DNA from: Squalus acanthias
Lineage: Eukaryota
NCBI GenBank assembly: GCA_030390025.1
Contig: CM059431.1
Coordinates: 132,744,001-132,808,000, forward strand
DNA length: 64,000 nucleotides
Direction: 5' to 3'
This document shows positions 25,045-39,000 of the stretch, piece by piece. The position numbers and the translations under genes are program-made. The notes beneath the pieces are model-generated. The model was not told where the DNA came from and searched no databases. It saw nothing but the letters and a program-made list of their open reading frames with translations. Position 1 is the stretch's first letter, and every line of letters begins with the position of its first letter.

Positions 25045-25577
25045 AACACCATGTCATGCCACGCATCACCACCTATCCCAATATAAAGAAGTAGAAGAGG
25101 ACAGATAGTAGCAAAAAGAAGAATTAAAGCGAGAGGAGCAGAAGAGAAAGGGTGAGATAGCGAGAGAAATAGCAACACAAAGGCAAGAGAACGGCCAAGT
25201 TCTCCAATTTACCATGTGTAAACCCACAAGGGATCCACTGATATATTATCAAAATTGAATTTAATATGTTCAAAGCAGTTCTCCTGATGATTCAGTAAGT
25301 TTACCCTGTGAATAGATGAACGATTCAAACCAGGAAGGTCCAGGTTTGATCATCAGTCTGTGCTGAGTTGACAGATTTCAGCTGGGAAGGTGGTAGGGCC
25401 ACTACAATTATGCTCTGTGCCGCTGTGTTGGGAAAGGGAAAATTGGCCATGTTTGCCACTCCTGGTAGTTATTCAGTAACACCTGCTAGAAGTGCCCATG
25501 TGTGTTTTGGGTGAGGACAAGATCAGGTTTGGTTTTGCTGTCCCCCACAATGCCTGTCAACACTTATGGTCCCTTGA

Positions 25578-26108
25578 GTCTTCTTCTCCTTCTCTTCTTC
25601 TTAGGCAGTCCCTCGGAACCGAGGATGACTTGCTTCCACATTAAAAATGAGTTCTCAGGTGACTGATGAGTCCAGTGCGGGACCTACAGTCTCTGTCACA
25701 GGTGGGGCAGACGGTGGTTGAAGGGGCGAGTGGGTGGGGTGCTTGGGTTGACTTGCGCTTGGCTTCCGCTTGCTCCCGGCGAAGAGACTCGAGGTGTTCG
25801 GCGCCTTCCCGGATGCTTCTCCTCCACTTTGTGCGGTCTTGGGCCAGGGATTCCCAGTGGGGATGTTGCACTTTTTCAAGGAGGCTTTGAGGGTGTCCTT
25901 GAAGCGTTTCCTCTGCCCACCTGGGGCTCTCTTGCCGTGTCGGAGCTCCGAGTAGAGCGCTTGTTTTGGGAGTCTCGTATCAGGCATGCGGACGATGTGA
26001 CCCGTCCATCGGAGCTGATCGAGCGTGGTCAAAACTTCGATGCTGGGGATGTTGGTGTGCCTATCCTGCCAATGGATTTGCAGGATCTTGCGGAGGCAGC
26101 GTTGGTGG
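25578..26108 (-). mobile_element. RTE (BovB-like) LINE 3' fragment
   Basis: RCLRKILQIHWQD, LRWTGHIVRMPDTRLPKQALYSEL, and a C2H2-like CPTC...HLRTH. GAA-rich tail. Confidence 0.85.
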
Positions 26109-26246
26109 ACTAACCAGCACCTGTAACTCAACATTCTTAGGCAAGGAAGAGAGAAAGTTTTGTTTAGAAAATTGGTGAGAAAAATATTCAAAGTGATGTT
26201 GAGGAATGGCTTTATCACCCCTCTGAAACTAATTATGAAAAATCAA

Positions 26247-26660
26247 GAAATAAAAACAGAAAATGCTGGAAATACTCAGCAGGTCAGGCAACATCTGTGG
26301 AGAGAGAAACAAAGTTAACGTTTCAGATCGATGACCTTTCATGAGAACTGGAAAAAGTTAGAGATGTAACCGGTTTTAAGCAAGTACAGAGGCTGGGAAA
26401 GTGGGGAGGGGAGGAAAGAACAAAAGGGAAGGTCTGTGATAGGGTGGAAGGCAGAAGAGATTAAATGACAAAAGGGATGATGATGCAGGGCAAAAGGGGA
26501 TGGTAATGGAACAAAAGTTTTTTAAAAAGATGGGTCTAGAAGAGGTGTAAATGGGAATAGCAGAATCATTACTAACAGCTGTTGCCCGAAACAATGGGGG
26601 CAGTGGTTATGATCTGAAATTGTTGCGGAACACCTCCGTTCAGTCCGCAAGTGTGACCCA
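26247..26660 (-). mobile_element. Penelope-like pLTR fragment with a short inverted internal piece
   Basis: Matches 47264-47653. The segment at ~26622-26660 is the reverse complement of a GIY-YIG-region segment at ~47820-47857. Confidence 0.8.
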
Positions 26661-27356
26661 GGCGAAACAATCCACTGGATTGCATTGAAAAATCCCTGTT
26701 GGAAAGTGAACGTTAAGTAAGGACAGGATTGCATTTGGCTGTGTGCCCTCAGTGGAATAGTCCACTCAGATTAGCTGGCTAGATTCAAACATAGAGAATG
26801 GCCACGTGGCCATGGTACTTAGATGGTTGTGACATCCATTCCAGGTTGGATCACTGGTATTAATCGACTCCTTCAGAGAGGAAGGAAAAAATAAACATTA
26901 CTTTTGCTCCAGGGATTTAAAAATATTTTTATAGATCTGATATGGAAGCTAGTTGCAAAGGAATAGATCCATGTTTTCTTTTATTAAAAAAAATTCTGCT
27001 AAATTTTTGATGTTTGCTTGCCTTTAAGTAGAGTCTTTAACTTGGGGTTTGCTACTGAAAAATTATGCATAAGAGTTGTGCAAGGCGGGGTTTGAACTGG
27101 TGGTGCTATAATCATTTCTGATTCGGGCCTAATGTTTGAAAAGGACTAAAGATTTAGAAAATACACAGCCTACATAAATCTCTGCTACACATTTTAAAAT
27201 TCAAAAAATGCTGAAATTCTGGGACGGTAAATTGTAATTGAAGAAGTGGTTGTAAACTAATTTCATAACTTAACATTTGTTTATGTTGATTTAAAAAGGA
27301 TATTGTATCTTGAAAGTTGTACAAACATTAGAAATCACAATACAAACATTAAGTAA

Positions 27357-27530
<174 letters not shown>

Positions 27531-29580
27531 GTGTAGTGATGGAACTATGTGACTAAAGAGGGACTGTATGTAGTGAATTATAATCAGCAAAGCTGTTACT
27601 CTTGGCAATATTTTGTTGCAAGTGGATCTGCACTCCGATTGTTTAAAACAGTCAAGGCTAAGTCATTTGCAATTGCACATTGCTGTCAAATGTACTTGAA
27701 TCAATAAATTCAGGAACTGAACACAGAACTCTTTCTTAAAAAAAACTCTTTTGGAATGAACAGGTAATGAGTTGAAGCTTGTTGACGTACAAGAATGACA
27801 ATCTCTGTAGTATAGCCTAATGGCAGGAAGAGTATTGTGCTGCCGTTAATGTTGCAAATGGGATGTAATAATATGCTTTTTTTTAGAAAAACTTTAATCA
27901 TGTTTACATTTACATCAGAATTGGTTTCTGTACATAGCTTGGTCTCATGCAGAAGTTATTTGAAATTAATGTAGGAATGTTTTTGATTTGTTTGCAGTTG
28001 TGTCTTTTTTGTCATAGCTAATGTATTTTTATGTGTTTGTTATGTTGTATTATTGAAGCTGAAAAACATTAATTATGGCATAAACATGTTATCACCTCCG
28101 TCTCTAAAACATTAATACAGTAATAAAGTACGGCATTGCTTGTCAGAAAAAGTACTTTTAACTGTTGAGATTCATGGACACTTGTTTCTTATAAGTCTTT
28201 TAATAATGTAGTCTATTATTTTCACCCTTTGATTCCTCCCAGGAGCCACTGCACAGTTTTTACCAGCCAAAGGGTGTGTTGACTTCTGTCAATGGCACTA
28301 CATGGTCAATTGCCAGGAGATATGTATGCTTCCAGGGTGGGGAGTAATTTAATATTTTTCCAACAGAAATAATTTCTATATTGAAGTCCTCAATCTTGTA
28401 GCCTAGTTGACAAATGACTAAACTTCATGTCAATTATGCCAGTAGGTTCTTGAGATCCATATGGTGACAGGATGTTTATAAGGGGGGGGGGGGAAACCGC
28501 ACACAAGCTTCAATTTTGGAATGATGAAACATTATTTATAATTCTGACAATGACTTTGATCATTTATGGAAATAAAAACCCTATTTCCACAATAAAATGC
28601 TTCAGTATGTCTTTAATATCTAGTTCCCCAGACTGAAAATTATAAAAGAGGGGAATAAACACTATCAGCACAGTTTTCTACAATGTGGTTGAAGGCACAT
28701 ATTCATAGATGTAAATTTGCACATTGGCACCTGATGTGTGAACATGGGCACAAGTTCAATTTTCACCTTGGGTACACCAAACATTGATAATCATTTTGAT
28801 GTTTAAATAATTGTGCAGATTAGACACAGTTGAGATTTCTAATTTGGCTGTATGCTCAGGATGGATGATGACCCCCAATAGTCAGAAGGTCCCTCTTCCC
28901 ATTGACCACTTAAAAAAAAAATCTTACTTTGTAATTAAAATTTCATATCTCAATGTAGACAGCAGCCTTTCTCACAAATGTCATTTTAAGTCATCCTCTT
29001 TTTGCAGTGCAAACTCTATTGACGTGTATTGCTCCAGGCCTCCATTCCTCAATATGCATGATCAATTGGAAGAAGGTTGGGTGTGGGGTTAAACCCATAC
29101 CTAGTCCATTAATAAAAATGCTGCTCCTGTTACCTGTAGGCACAGGCGCATCTTGTGCCTTGAACTGAATCACAGCTTGCACCTTTAAGGCTATGTAAAA
29201 AATGAGTGTTTCCATACCTGGGAAAGAAATATAACACTATGATTGTACTGGAATATTGCATTCTTAATAATCACAATTATATAATCTACATTGTAAAGGT
29301 ATATTACACAAAGGAAAATTTATTTCAACCATTTTTTCAAAAAGTTAATGTTGCATTTTTTGTGGCATTTTTTGGTTTCTGCTGATGCACTGTCTGCAAT
29401 CCAGGTCAATACTGATGGTGTCATTGTTAGATTGTGGGACTGTGTCTCGTGATCTAGAATTTAGCTGTACCACATATTTGAGAAATCTGTCAATTAAATA
29501 TGTACATATTTCAAGTGTGATTCCATTTACTGTTGAAATTTAAACTGTTGAATAAAGACTGTAAGCATCAGTACTCTGTT
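27531..29580 (+). other. GPR180: Probable GPR180 3' UTR with candidate polyadenylation signals
   Basis: AT-rich and free of recognisable TEs after the stop codon. AATAAA occurs at 27703, 28122 and 29551, among others. The true 3' end cannot be determined from sequence alone. Confidence 0.55.
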
Positions 29581-29919
29581 TAATTAATTTCAAATGAGTG
29601 CTGCCTGCAGCAAATGAAACATAATTGTCCGTCAAATACACCCTTGTCAGCCAATGCTGTTGATAGTGGCAAATTTAAAAGGAACACAGTCACAAAAATG
29701 AGCTACTGAAAACTCAACAGCAGAATATCCTAATATTCAAAACTCAGGCAGAGCCAACTATTACTTTCACATACAGAACATTTTGCCTCAGAGAGTATAA
29801 AATACTGTCAAACTTTCCTCTATGCTCCCCTACTTGGTTCTAAGCTGCCCCTCCTGCTAATTATCATATTCTGGGCTAGTTGTAGATTTGTCTCCTAGGC
29901 TGGGCTAATATGTGATCTT

Positions 29920-31028
29920 AAGAACATAAGAAATAGGAGTAGGCCATTTGGCCCGAGCCTGCTCCGCCATTCAATAAGATCATGGCTGATCTACCTCAAC
30001 TCCACTTTCCCACACTATCCCCATTTCACTTAATTCCCTTCGTTCCCAACAATTTATCGACTTGAATATACTCAACGACTGAGCATCCACAAATCTCTGG
30101 GGTAGAGAATTCAAAGATTCACAACCCTTTGAGTGAAGAAATTTCTCCTCATCTCAGTCCTAAATGGCTGACCCCTTATTCGGAGACTGTGACCCCGTGT
30201 TCTAGATTCCCCAACCAGGGGAACCATTTTCTCAGCATTAACCCTGTCAAGCCCCTTAAGAATTTTATATGTTTCAATTAGATCACCTCTCATTCTTCTA
30301 AACTCTAGGGAACATAGGCCTAGTCTACTCAATCTCTCCTCATAGGGCAATCCCCTCATGCCAGGAACCAGTCTAGTGAACCTCCGTTGCACTCTCTCTA
30401 AGGCAAGTATGTCTTTCCTTAGGTAAGGAGACCAGAACTATACACAGTACTTGGTGTGGCCTCACCAATGCCCTGTATAATTGTAGTAAGACTTCTTTAC
30501 CCTTATACCATTTGCTTTCCTAATTGCTTGCTGTACCTGCATGTTAACTTTCTGTGATTCATGTACAAGGACACACAGGTCCCTCTGAATGCAAACATTT
30601 CCCAGTCTCTCACCATTCAAAAAATATTCTGCTTTTTTGGTTTTCCTACCAAAGTGGATAACTTCACACTTCCCCATATTGTATTCCTCAGTCAACCTGT
30701 CTATATCTCTCTGCAGCCTCTTTGCGTCCTCCTCACGGCTTACTTTCCCACCTAACTTTATATCATCAGCAAACTTGGATACGTTACAGTCAGTCCCTTC
30801 ATCTAAGTCATTAATATAGATTGTAAATAGCTGAGGCCCAAGCACTGATCCTTGCGGTACCCCACTAATTACAGCCTGCCAACCCGAAAAAATCCCGTTT
30901 AATCCTCCTCTCTGTGTTCTGTCCAATACTCAATCCATGCTAGTATATTACCCCCAATCCCATGAGTCCTAATTTTGTGTAATAACCTCTTGTGTGGCAC
31001 CTTATCGAATGTTTTTTGAAAATTCAAG
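29920..31028 (-). mobile_element. Truncated CR1 LINE
   Basis: [33 protein letters not shown] and a CR1 tail. Confidence 0.9.
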
Positions 31029-31514
31029 TCTTGGAAGGCTTAATCCTTTTGTTCCTTCATCTATAATAGAACTAGATTTTTGAGTTAGCAAGAAAAGGGC
31101 TTGTGAAGCCTTATCAAATAATTTTGCCAAGGGATCTGTTCAGTACTATAAATTGCACCCACGGTCAAATAACTTGCCACCACTCAATGCTCAGGCTACA
31201 TATAGACGAATGGTAAGTTCAACAAAATGGTAGATGTGCTGATTGCTTTCAGGAGAGGAGGGGAGAAAAGTGGGGGGGTATCAAAGAATATCCTACCTCT
31301 CAACCTATAACGTGTTGAAAAGATGGAATTCAGGTCTTCATTCGGGTGGGAGAATGGTTTACCATAAAACAGCAAATCAGCTGATTTGCCAACTTGGGAG
31401 TCTTGTGCAGCACTGCTGCTTTTTCAGTAACACCGTATAATTCCTGTTATCTAAATTAAAATGGTACAGTTGAGAGATATGATGAGTATAAAGTTCTGCT
31501 ACAGGGGCATTAGG

Positions 31515-32710
31515 GTTGTTCTTCTCGATCTGTCTGCAGCCTTTAACACTGTTGACCACACCATCCTCGTCCAACTCTTCTCCTCCATCGTCCAGCTGGG
31601 TGGGACTGCATTCGCCTGGTTCCATTCTTATCTATCTAGTCGTAGCCAGAGAATCACTGCAATGGTTTCTCTTCCCGCTCCTGCACCGTTACCTCAGGTG
31701 TCCCCCAAGGAACTATCCTTGGCCCCCTCCTATTTCTCATCTACATGCTGCCCCTCGGGGACATCATCCAAAAATGCAATGTCAAGTTCTACATGTACGC
31801 TGACGACACCCAGTTCTACCTCACCACCACCTCTCTCGACCCCTCCACCGTCTCTATATTGTCAGACTGCTTGTCCGACATCCAGTACTGCATAAGCAGA
31901 AATTTCCTCCAACTAAATATTGGGAAGACTGAAACCATTGTCTTTGGTCCCCGTCACAAACTCCATTCCCTAGCCACTGACTCCATCCCTCTCTCTCGCA
32001 GCTGTCTGAGGCTGAACTAGACTGTTTGCAATCTTGATGTCGTATTTGACCCCGAGATGAACTTCCGACCACATATCCGTGCCATCACTAAGACCACCTA
32101 TTTCCAACTCCATAACATCGCCCGACTCCGCCCTTGCCTCAACTCATCTGCTGCTGAAACCCTCATCTGTGGCTTTGTTACCTCCAGACTTAACTATTGC
32201 CCTCCCATCTTCCACCCTCCATAAACTTAAACTCATACAAAACTCTGCTGCCCGTATCCTAACTCGCACCAAGTCCAATTCACCCATCACCCCTGTGCTC
32301 GCTAACCTACAGTGGCTTCAAGTTAAGCAAAGCCTCGATTTTAAAATTATCATCCTTGTTTTCATATCCCTCCATGGCCTCACCCCTCCCTACCTCTGTA
32401 ACCTCCTCCAGCCCCACAACCCTCCGAGATATCTGTGCTCCTCCAATTCTGGCCTCTTGAGCATTCACGATTTTAATCGCTCCACCATTGGCAGCCATGA
32501 CTTCAGCTGCCTAGGCCCTAAGCTCTGGAATTCCCTCCCTTATCCTCTCCACCTCTCTACCTCTCTTTCCTCCTTTAAGATGCTCCTTAAACCCTACGTC
32601 TGCCCTAATATGTGGCTCGGTGTCAAATTTTGATTGATAACGCTCCTGTGGAGCGCTTTGGGATGTTTTACTACATTAAAAGCGCTATATAAATGCAAGT
32701 TGTTGTTGTT
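31515..32710 (+). mobile_element. L2 LINE 3' portion
   Basis: LLDLSAAFNTVDH, YADDTQFY, LQLNIGKTE and IQNSAARIL. 3' end GCGCTATATAAATGCAAGTTGTTGTTG. Confidence 0.9.
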
Positions 32711-32979
32711 GAAAGGGCAATTTATTCAACTAATATTAATAGCAATAGGTAATAGAAAAACTATTAATTTCCGAGCCAACTAGATTTGAATATTATGGGT
32801 CCCTGCTACTTAATTCATCTGGCACCGCTGGAAGAAGTTTCACTATCGATGGATGCCCCATCTTTCGTAGTGGAAGGGAACTACTTCAGTTAGCAAGCCC
32901 TGTTGAGAGAGAGATTTCCTTGAAGGTCAGACTCAACTATGCACGAAAGTGTTCATTGCCAAAGACAAAAAACCTAATA

Positions 32980-33262
32980 GAAAAGGCAAAATACTTCGAA
33001 TGCTGGAAATCTGAAATATAAACAGAAAATGCTGGAAATACTCAGCAGATTTTTTTAAAGTTTGTTCCAACTTATTTCAGGTTTACCTTTACCCATGTGA
33101 GATCCCCAATCTTTGTTTTGCTCTCTCTAACATTTTTTAAAAGTTAGAATCAAAGGAGCTTACCCACTTCCTGGTGCGCTGTCTGTGAGAATACTGCATT
33201 TTGATTGGCATCCGTGGAGAGAGAAACAGAGTTAACATTTCAGGTCTGTGACCTTTTGTCAA
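32980..33262 (-). mobile_element. Penelope pLTR fragment containing a ~160-bp foreign insert
   Basis: pLTR sequence flanks 33049-33209. The hammerhead remnant at ~33230-33262 is degenerate. Confidence 0.7.
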
Positions 33263-33584
33263 CAAAAAATTACATTTATAAGCATCTTTCAGCAAGATCT
33301 CAAAGTGCATCACAAGCAATGAATTACTTTGAAGTACAGCCATTTTGTGCACATCAAGATCCCACTAACAAGAGTGAGATGTATGGCCAGTTAAGCTGTT
33401 TTGGTCGAGGGAGGAATGTTGATCAGGACACCAGAAGAACTTTTTTTCTTCTCTGAATAGTGCTTTGGCATCAGTGTCCAAGCTTTTTCTCTCTGTGGGT
33501 CAACAGGTGAAGAGACCAGGGAGTCTCAGGGTTGCGGGGCCAACTTATAAAGTTTAAATTTATGTTCCCTTTAATTTGCATATC

Positions 33585-34347
33585 GGGCTGGAACTTGCGG
33601 TCCTGATGACAGCGAACTGATAGCGTTCGTTGTCATTTTGCTTTTGAAATTGACCGCAACTTCAGGATTTAGCGCATGCGCATCCTAGCGCGGCAATCCT
33701 AAAGTTGCGGTCTGTCATTCACTGCTCCGACACTGGCTGCACTGTGCCCCTCCCCCCCCCCCCCCCTCCACGAGCCGGCAATCTCTCAAATCAGGGAAAC
33801 TGATGAAAACTTTGGCTCTTCTGCGGTAATACCGCTGTTAAATACCCCATTAAAAGTTCAACTAATTTGGATTAGGTGTAACTGAGGTTTGAACAGTGTA
33901 TTCACTGCTAAACAAAGGTTATGGTCCTGAAAAATGAATTTTAATTTTGTGGAGTGTCAAATTTATCGATTTTAATAAAAATTAAAAATTTTAAGAAACT
34001 TAAAAAATGTTAAGTTTGTTCAAATTTATTTCAGGTTTGCCTTGTGAGATGTAAGATCCCCAATCTTTGTTTTGCTCTCTAACATTTTTTAAAGTTAGAA
34101 TTAAAGGAGCTTACCCACTTCCTGGTGCGCTGTCTGTAAGAATACTGCATTTTGATTGGCTGCTTAGACAGCTTGTTACTGTCACAGCAGCTCGCGTTAG
34201 GGATTCCCCATTAATTTGCATTGATTTCAATTACGCGTCGGAAAAGCCGAACTTCTTGCAACAGAGATTGCGAGATCTTTGTGGGAAGCTTGCATCGGGG
34301 CCAGCGGCGAACGCCTTTGCTTCGCCACTGACCGTAAATTACGGGCC
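33585..34347. mobile_element. Harbinger-type MITE, nested in a degraded hAT-like element (~33470-34578)
   Basis: TIRs GGGCTGGAACTTGCGGTC / GACCGTAAATTACGGGCC with flanks ATC/ATT. Confidence 0.8.
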
Positions 34348-34986
34348 ATTATCTCAAGTTGTTAACAGGTCTTGGTTTTCTGATTTAGGATTTATCTGCC
34401 AATGAGGCAACAGCACTAAGAATAACCCTTTCTAAACCACCAGGCCCACAAAATTCAAACAAGCTAGCAAGTAAGAAATATAAGCACAAATAAGACTGAG
34501 TTGCCTGGGCTTAGACAGCAAGATTGCCATGGGTCTGGGGCCACATGTGGTTCCTGGGCAGCAGTTTGGATAACCGTACGATGAAATCTTTACTATCCAG
34601 AGCAGGCAGATGGGGCATCAGTTAACTATCATCTGAAGGACAAAACCTCTGAATGCAGCACCCCACTCCAGTATCAGCCTAGATTGTGCTTAAGTGTTGA
34701 ATATGCTGCAACATTGTAGCAGGCACTGTAATCACTGCAGTGTCCTGTTTTCTCCCTATCTTAAGACACGGGCCCAGATTTTGCGGTGGTAATGACGGCG
34801 AAACTTTCAGCGTTCGGCGTCATTACCCCTCTGAAACTGACCATAACTTCAGGAATTAGCGCATGTGCAGATAAACGTGGAAATCCTGAAGTTGCGGTCA
34901 GTCATTCCCTGCTCCACCACCGGCTATGCTGTGGAACTCTCCATAGCTGCCAATCAGTGAAATCAGTTGAACTGACGAAAACTTAA

Positions 34987-35738
34987 AAGGGAAAAATTGG
35001 GTTGCTTTGCGCCTTCGCAAAGCCCCTAGCGCCCAGGTGCGGCGCCGCTAATGCCTCCCACGAAATTCAGCGCAAGGTTAGCAGCGGTGGTAGCTGGTAG
35101 TTCCCCGCGGCGCTGCGCCGCCAGCGATGACATCATCGTCATGCGCAGCGCCCTGCTCGCACCACCGGCGATAATGTCATCACCGTGCGCAGCGCCCCAC
35201 TCACGCCCCGGCCGCAACCTTGGGTTGCGCCCCCCGACCCATCACCTGATGATATGTCCAACAGGGTCAGGGTGGCATTTTTGCAGCCGCCACAGAGCTA
35301 CTTAAAGAGCAGGTGTCGGGTGGTCATTTTTTTTCCCGGCCGACTGCCAGCACCTGCCCCCTTCCCCTTTTGTCTTGGGGGTGCCGGTTGCGATCGCCCA
35401 GCCCGGCACTCCTCTTGAGTGCTTGGCTGTTTTCCCGGCATCTCGCTCCCCAGTGGTCCAGCAGGGCCCCTAGCAGCACTAGGCCCCTCACCTTTAATCA
35501 GGAGAGGGAGGCCTGCAATGACGCAGCGCAACGTGCCGACACGCATGGTGTGTTGCATGTAGCGCCATGGAATTCACTGGTAGCGCCCCAAGAAGGAGGG
35601 GAAGCACTTCCAGTAGCGTCCCCGCCTCCTGCTTGGGGGGCTACTACTGAATTTACGGCGCTGACTGTTTCGGGGTGCTAAAATTAGCGCCCCGGTGACG
35701 TTCGCGCCCCAAAGGGGGCGCCACCGAATTTTTCCACC
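34987..35738. mobile_element. Nested Harbinger MITE
   Basis: TIRs AAGGGAAAAATTGGG / CCGAATTTTTCCACC. TSD TAA at 34984-34986 and 35739-35741. AGCGCC-rich like 1842-2520. Confidence 0.85.
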
Positions 35739-36096
35739 TAAGCTTTTCCGCTCTAATATCGCTGTTAAACACCCCATAAAAAGTTAAGCCTTGTTGAAAT
35801 AGGTCTAACTGGGGTTTTAATGGCATATTGACTGCTGAACAACTGTTCTGGCCCTGAAAAACTAATTTTATATTTGTGGAATGTCAAATTTCTCCATTAT
35901 GATAAAAATTACTAGATTTTTAAAATATAAAAAATATATTTTTCTTCAATGTGATTAGCTGTTTAGACAGTTTGATGACATCACAGCTATTGTATGCTGG
36001 GCATCTCCTTTTGACAGCGCTACAATCAAATTAAGGTTGAGAAAGCTAAAGTTTTCGTTACAGAGATCGCAAGATCTCTGGGCAGCTTTCTTCGAG

Positions 36097-39000
36097 GTCA
36101 TAGAATCATAGAAAATTACAGCATGGAAGGAGGCCATTTCGGCCCATCGTGTCCACACCGGCCAACAAAGAGCTATCCAGTCTAATAAGAACATAAGAAA
36201 TAGGAGCAGGAGTAGACCAATCGGCCCCTCGAGCCTGCTCCGCCATTCAATGAGATCATGGCTGATCTGATCCAACCTCAACTCTAAAGAACACAAGAAG
36301 TAGGAGCAGGACCAGGCCACTCGGCCCCTGGGCCCGCTCCGCCACCCACAGGGCCTTGACCGATCTGAACTCAAACACATGTCCAATTTCCAGCCCGCTC
36401 CCGTAACCCCTAATTCCCTTTACTTCTAGGAAACGGTCTATTTCTGTTTTAAATTTATTTAATGAAGTAGCTTTCACAGCTTCCTGGGGTAGCAAATTCC
36501 ACAGACCCACTACCCTCTGAGTGAAAAAGTTTCTCCTCATCTCAGTTTTGAAAGAGCAGCCCCTTATTCTAAGATTATGTCCCCTAGTTCTAGTTTGACC
36601 CATCATTGGGAACATCCTCACCGCGTCCACCCGATCAAGCCCCTTCACAATCTTATATGTTTCAATAAGATCGCCTCTCATTCTTCTGAACTCCAATGAG
36701 TAGAGTCCCAATCTACTCAACCTCTCCTCGTATGTCCACCCCCTCATCCCCGGAATTAACTGAGTGAACCTTCTTTGTACTGCCTCGAGAGCAAGTATGT
36801 CTTTTCTTAAGTATGGACACCAAAACTGTATGCAGTACTCCAGGTGCGGTCTCACCAATACCCTATACAACTGCAGCAATACCTCCCTGTTTTTATATTC
36901 TATCCCCCTAGCAATAAAAGCCAACATTCCATTGGCTTTCTTGATCATCTGCTGCACCTGCATACTAACTTTTTGATTTTCTTACACCAAGACCCCCAGA
37001 TCCCTTTGTACTGCAGTACTTTCCAGTTTCTCGCCATTAAGATAATAACTTGCTCTCTGATTTTTCCTGCCAAAGTGCATAACCTCACATTTTCCAATAT
37101 TGTATTGCATCTGCCAAATCTCTGCCCACTCACCCAGCCTGTCTATATCCCCTTGTAGGTTTTTTATGTCCTCCTCACTCTCTACTTTCCCTCCCATCTT
37201 TGTATCATCTGCAAACTTTGATATGTTACACTCGGTCCCCTCCTCCAAATCGTTAATATAGATTGTAAAGAGTTGGGGACCCAGCACCGACCCCTGCGGA
37301 ACACCACTGGCTACTGGTTGCCAGTCCGAGAATGAACCATTTATCCCAACTCTCTGCTTCCTGTTAGATAACCAATCCTCCACCCATGCCAGAATATTAC
37401 CCCCAATCCAGTGATTTTTTATCTTGAGTAATAATCTTTTATGTGGCACCTTGTCGAATGCCTTCTGGAAGTCTAAATATGCTACATCCACTGGTTCCCC
37501 TTTATCCACCCTGTACGTTATGTCCTCAAAGAACTTGAGCAAATTTGTCAGACATGACTTCCCCTTCATAAAGCCATGCTGACTTTGTCCTATTAAATTA
37601 TGTTTATCTAAATGTTCCGTTACTGTCTCCTTAATAATAGACTCCAAAATTTTACCCATCACAGATGTTAGGCTAACTGGTCTATAATTTCCAGCCTTCT
37701 GCCTACTACCCTTTTTAAATATCCCACTTCCCAGCTCTTGGTCCATAGCCCTGCAGGTTAGAGCATCCCAAGTGCACATCCAAGTACTTTTTAAATGTGG
37801 TTAGGGTTCCTGCCTCTACCACCCTTTCAGGCAGTGAGTTCCAAACCCCCACAACCCTCTGGGTGAAGAAATTTCCCCTCAAATCCCCTTTAAACCTTCC
37901 CCCAATTACTTTAAATCTGTGCCCCCTGGTTTTTGACCCCTCTGCTAAGGGAAATAGGTCCTTTCTATCCACTTTATCTATGCCCCTCATAATTTTGTAC
38001 ACCTCATAAGGTCTCCCCTCAGCCTCCTCTGTTCCAAGGAAAACAGACCCAGCCTATCCAGTCTTTCCTCATAGCTAAGATTCTCTACTCCCGGCAACAT
38101 CCTTGTAAATCTCCTCTGTACCCTCTCTAGTGCAATCACATCTTTCCTGTAATGTGGTGACCAGAACTGCATGCAGTACTCTAGCTGAGGCCTAACTAGT
38201 GTTTTATACAGTTGAAGCATAACTCCCCTGCTCTTGTCATAGAGTCATACAGTTATACAGCACAGAAAGAGGCCCTTTGGCCCATCGTGTCCGCACCAGC
38301 CATCAAGCCCTGTCTATTCTAATCCCATTTTCCAGCACTTGGTCCGTAGCCTTGTATGCTATGGCTTTTCAAGTGCTCATCTAAATGCTTCTTGAATGTT
38401 GTGAGGGTTCCTGCCTCTACCACCCTTTCAGGCAGTGAGTTCCAGATTCCAACCACCCTCTGGGTGAAAAAGTTTTACCTCAAATCCCCTCTAAACCTCC
38501 TGCCCCTTACCTTGAAACTATGCCCCCTGGTTATTGACCCCTCTACTAAGGGGAAAAGTTCCTTTCTATTTACCCTAGCTATGCCCCTCATAATTTTGTA
38601 CACCTCAATCAGGTCCCCCCTCAGCCTTCTCTGCTCTAAGGAAAACAACCCCAGCCTGTCCAGTCTCTCTTCATAGCTAAAGCGCTGCAGCCCAGGTAAC
38701 ATCCTGGTGAATCTCCTCTGCACCCTCTCCAATGCAATCACATCCTTCCTATAGTGTGGCGACCAGAACTGCACACAGTATTCCAGCTGTGGCCTAACCA
38801 GCGTTTTGTACAGCTCCATCATAACCTCCCTGCTCTTATATTCTATGCCTCGGCTAATGAAGGCAAGTATCCCATATGCCTTTTTAACCACCTTATCCAC
38901 CTGTCCTGCTGCCTTCAGGGATCCATGTACATGCACACCAAGGTCCCTCTGATCCTCTGTCCTTCCTAGGGTCCTACCATTCATTGTGTATTCCCTTGCC

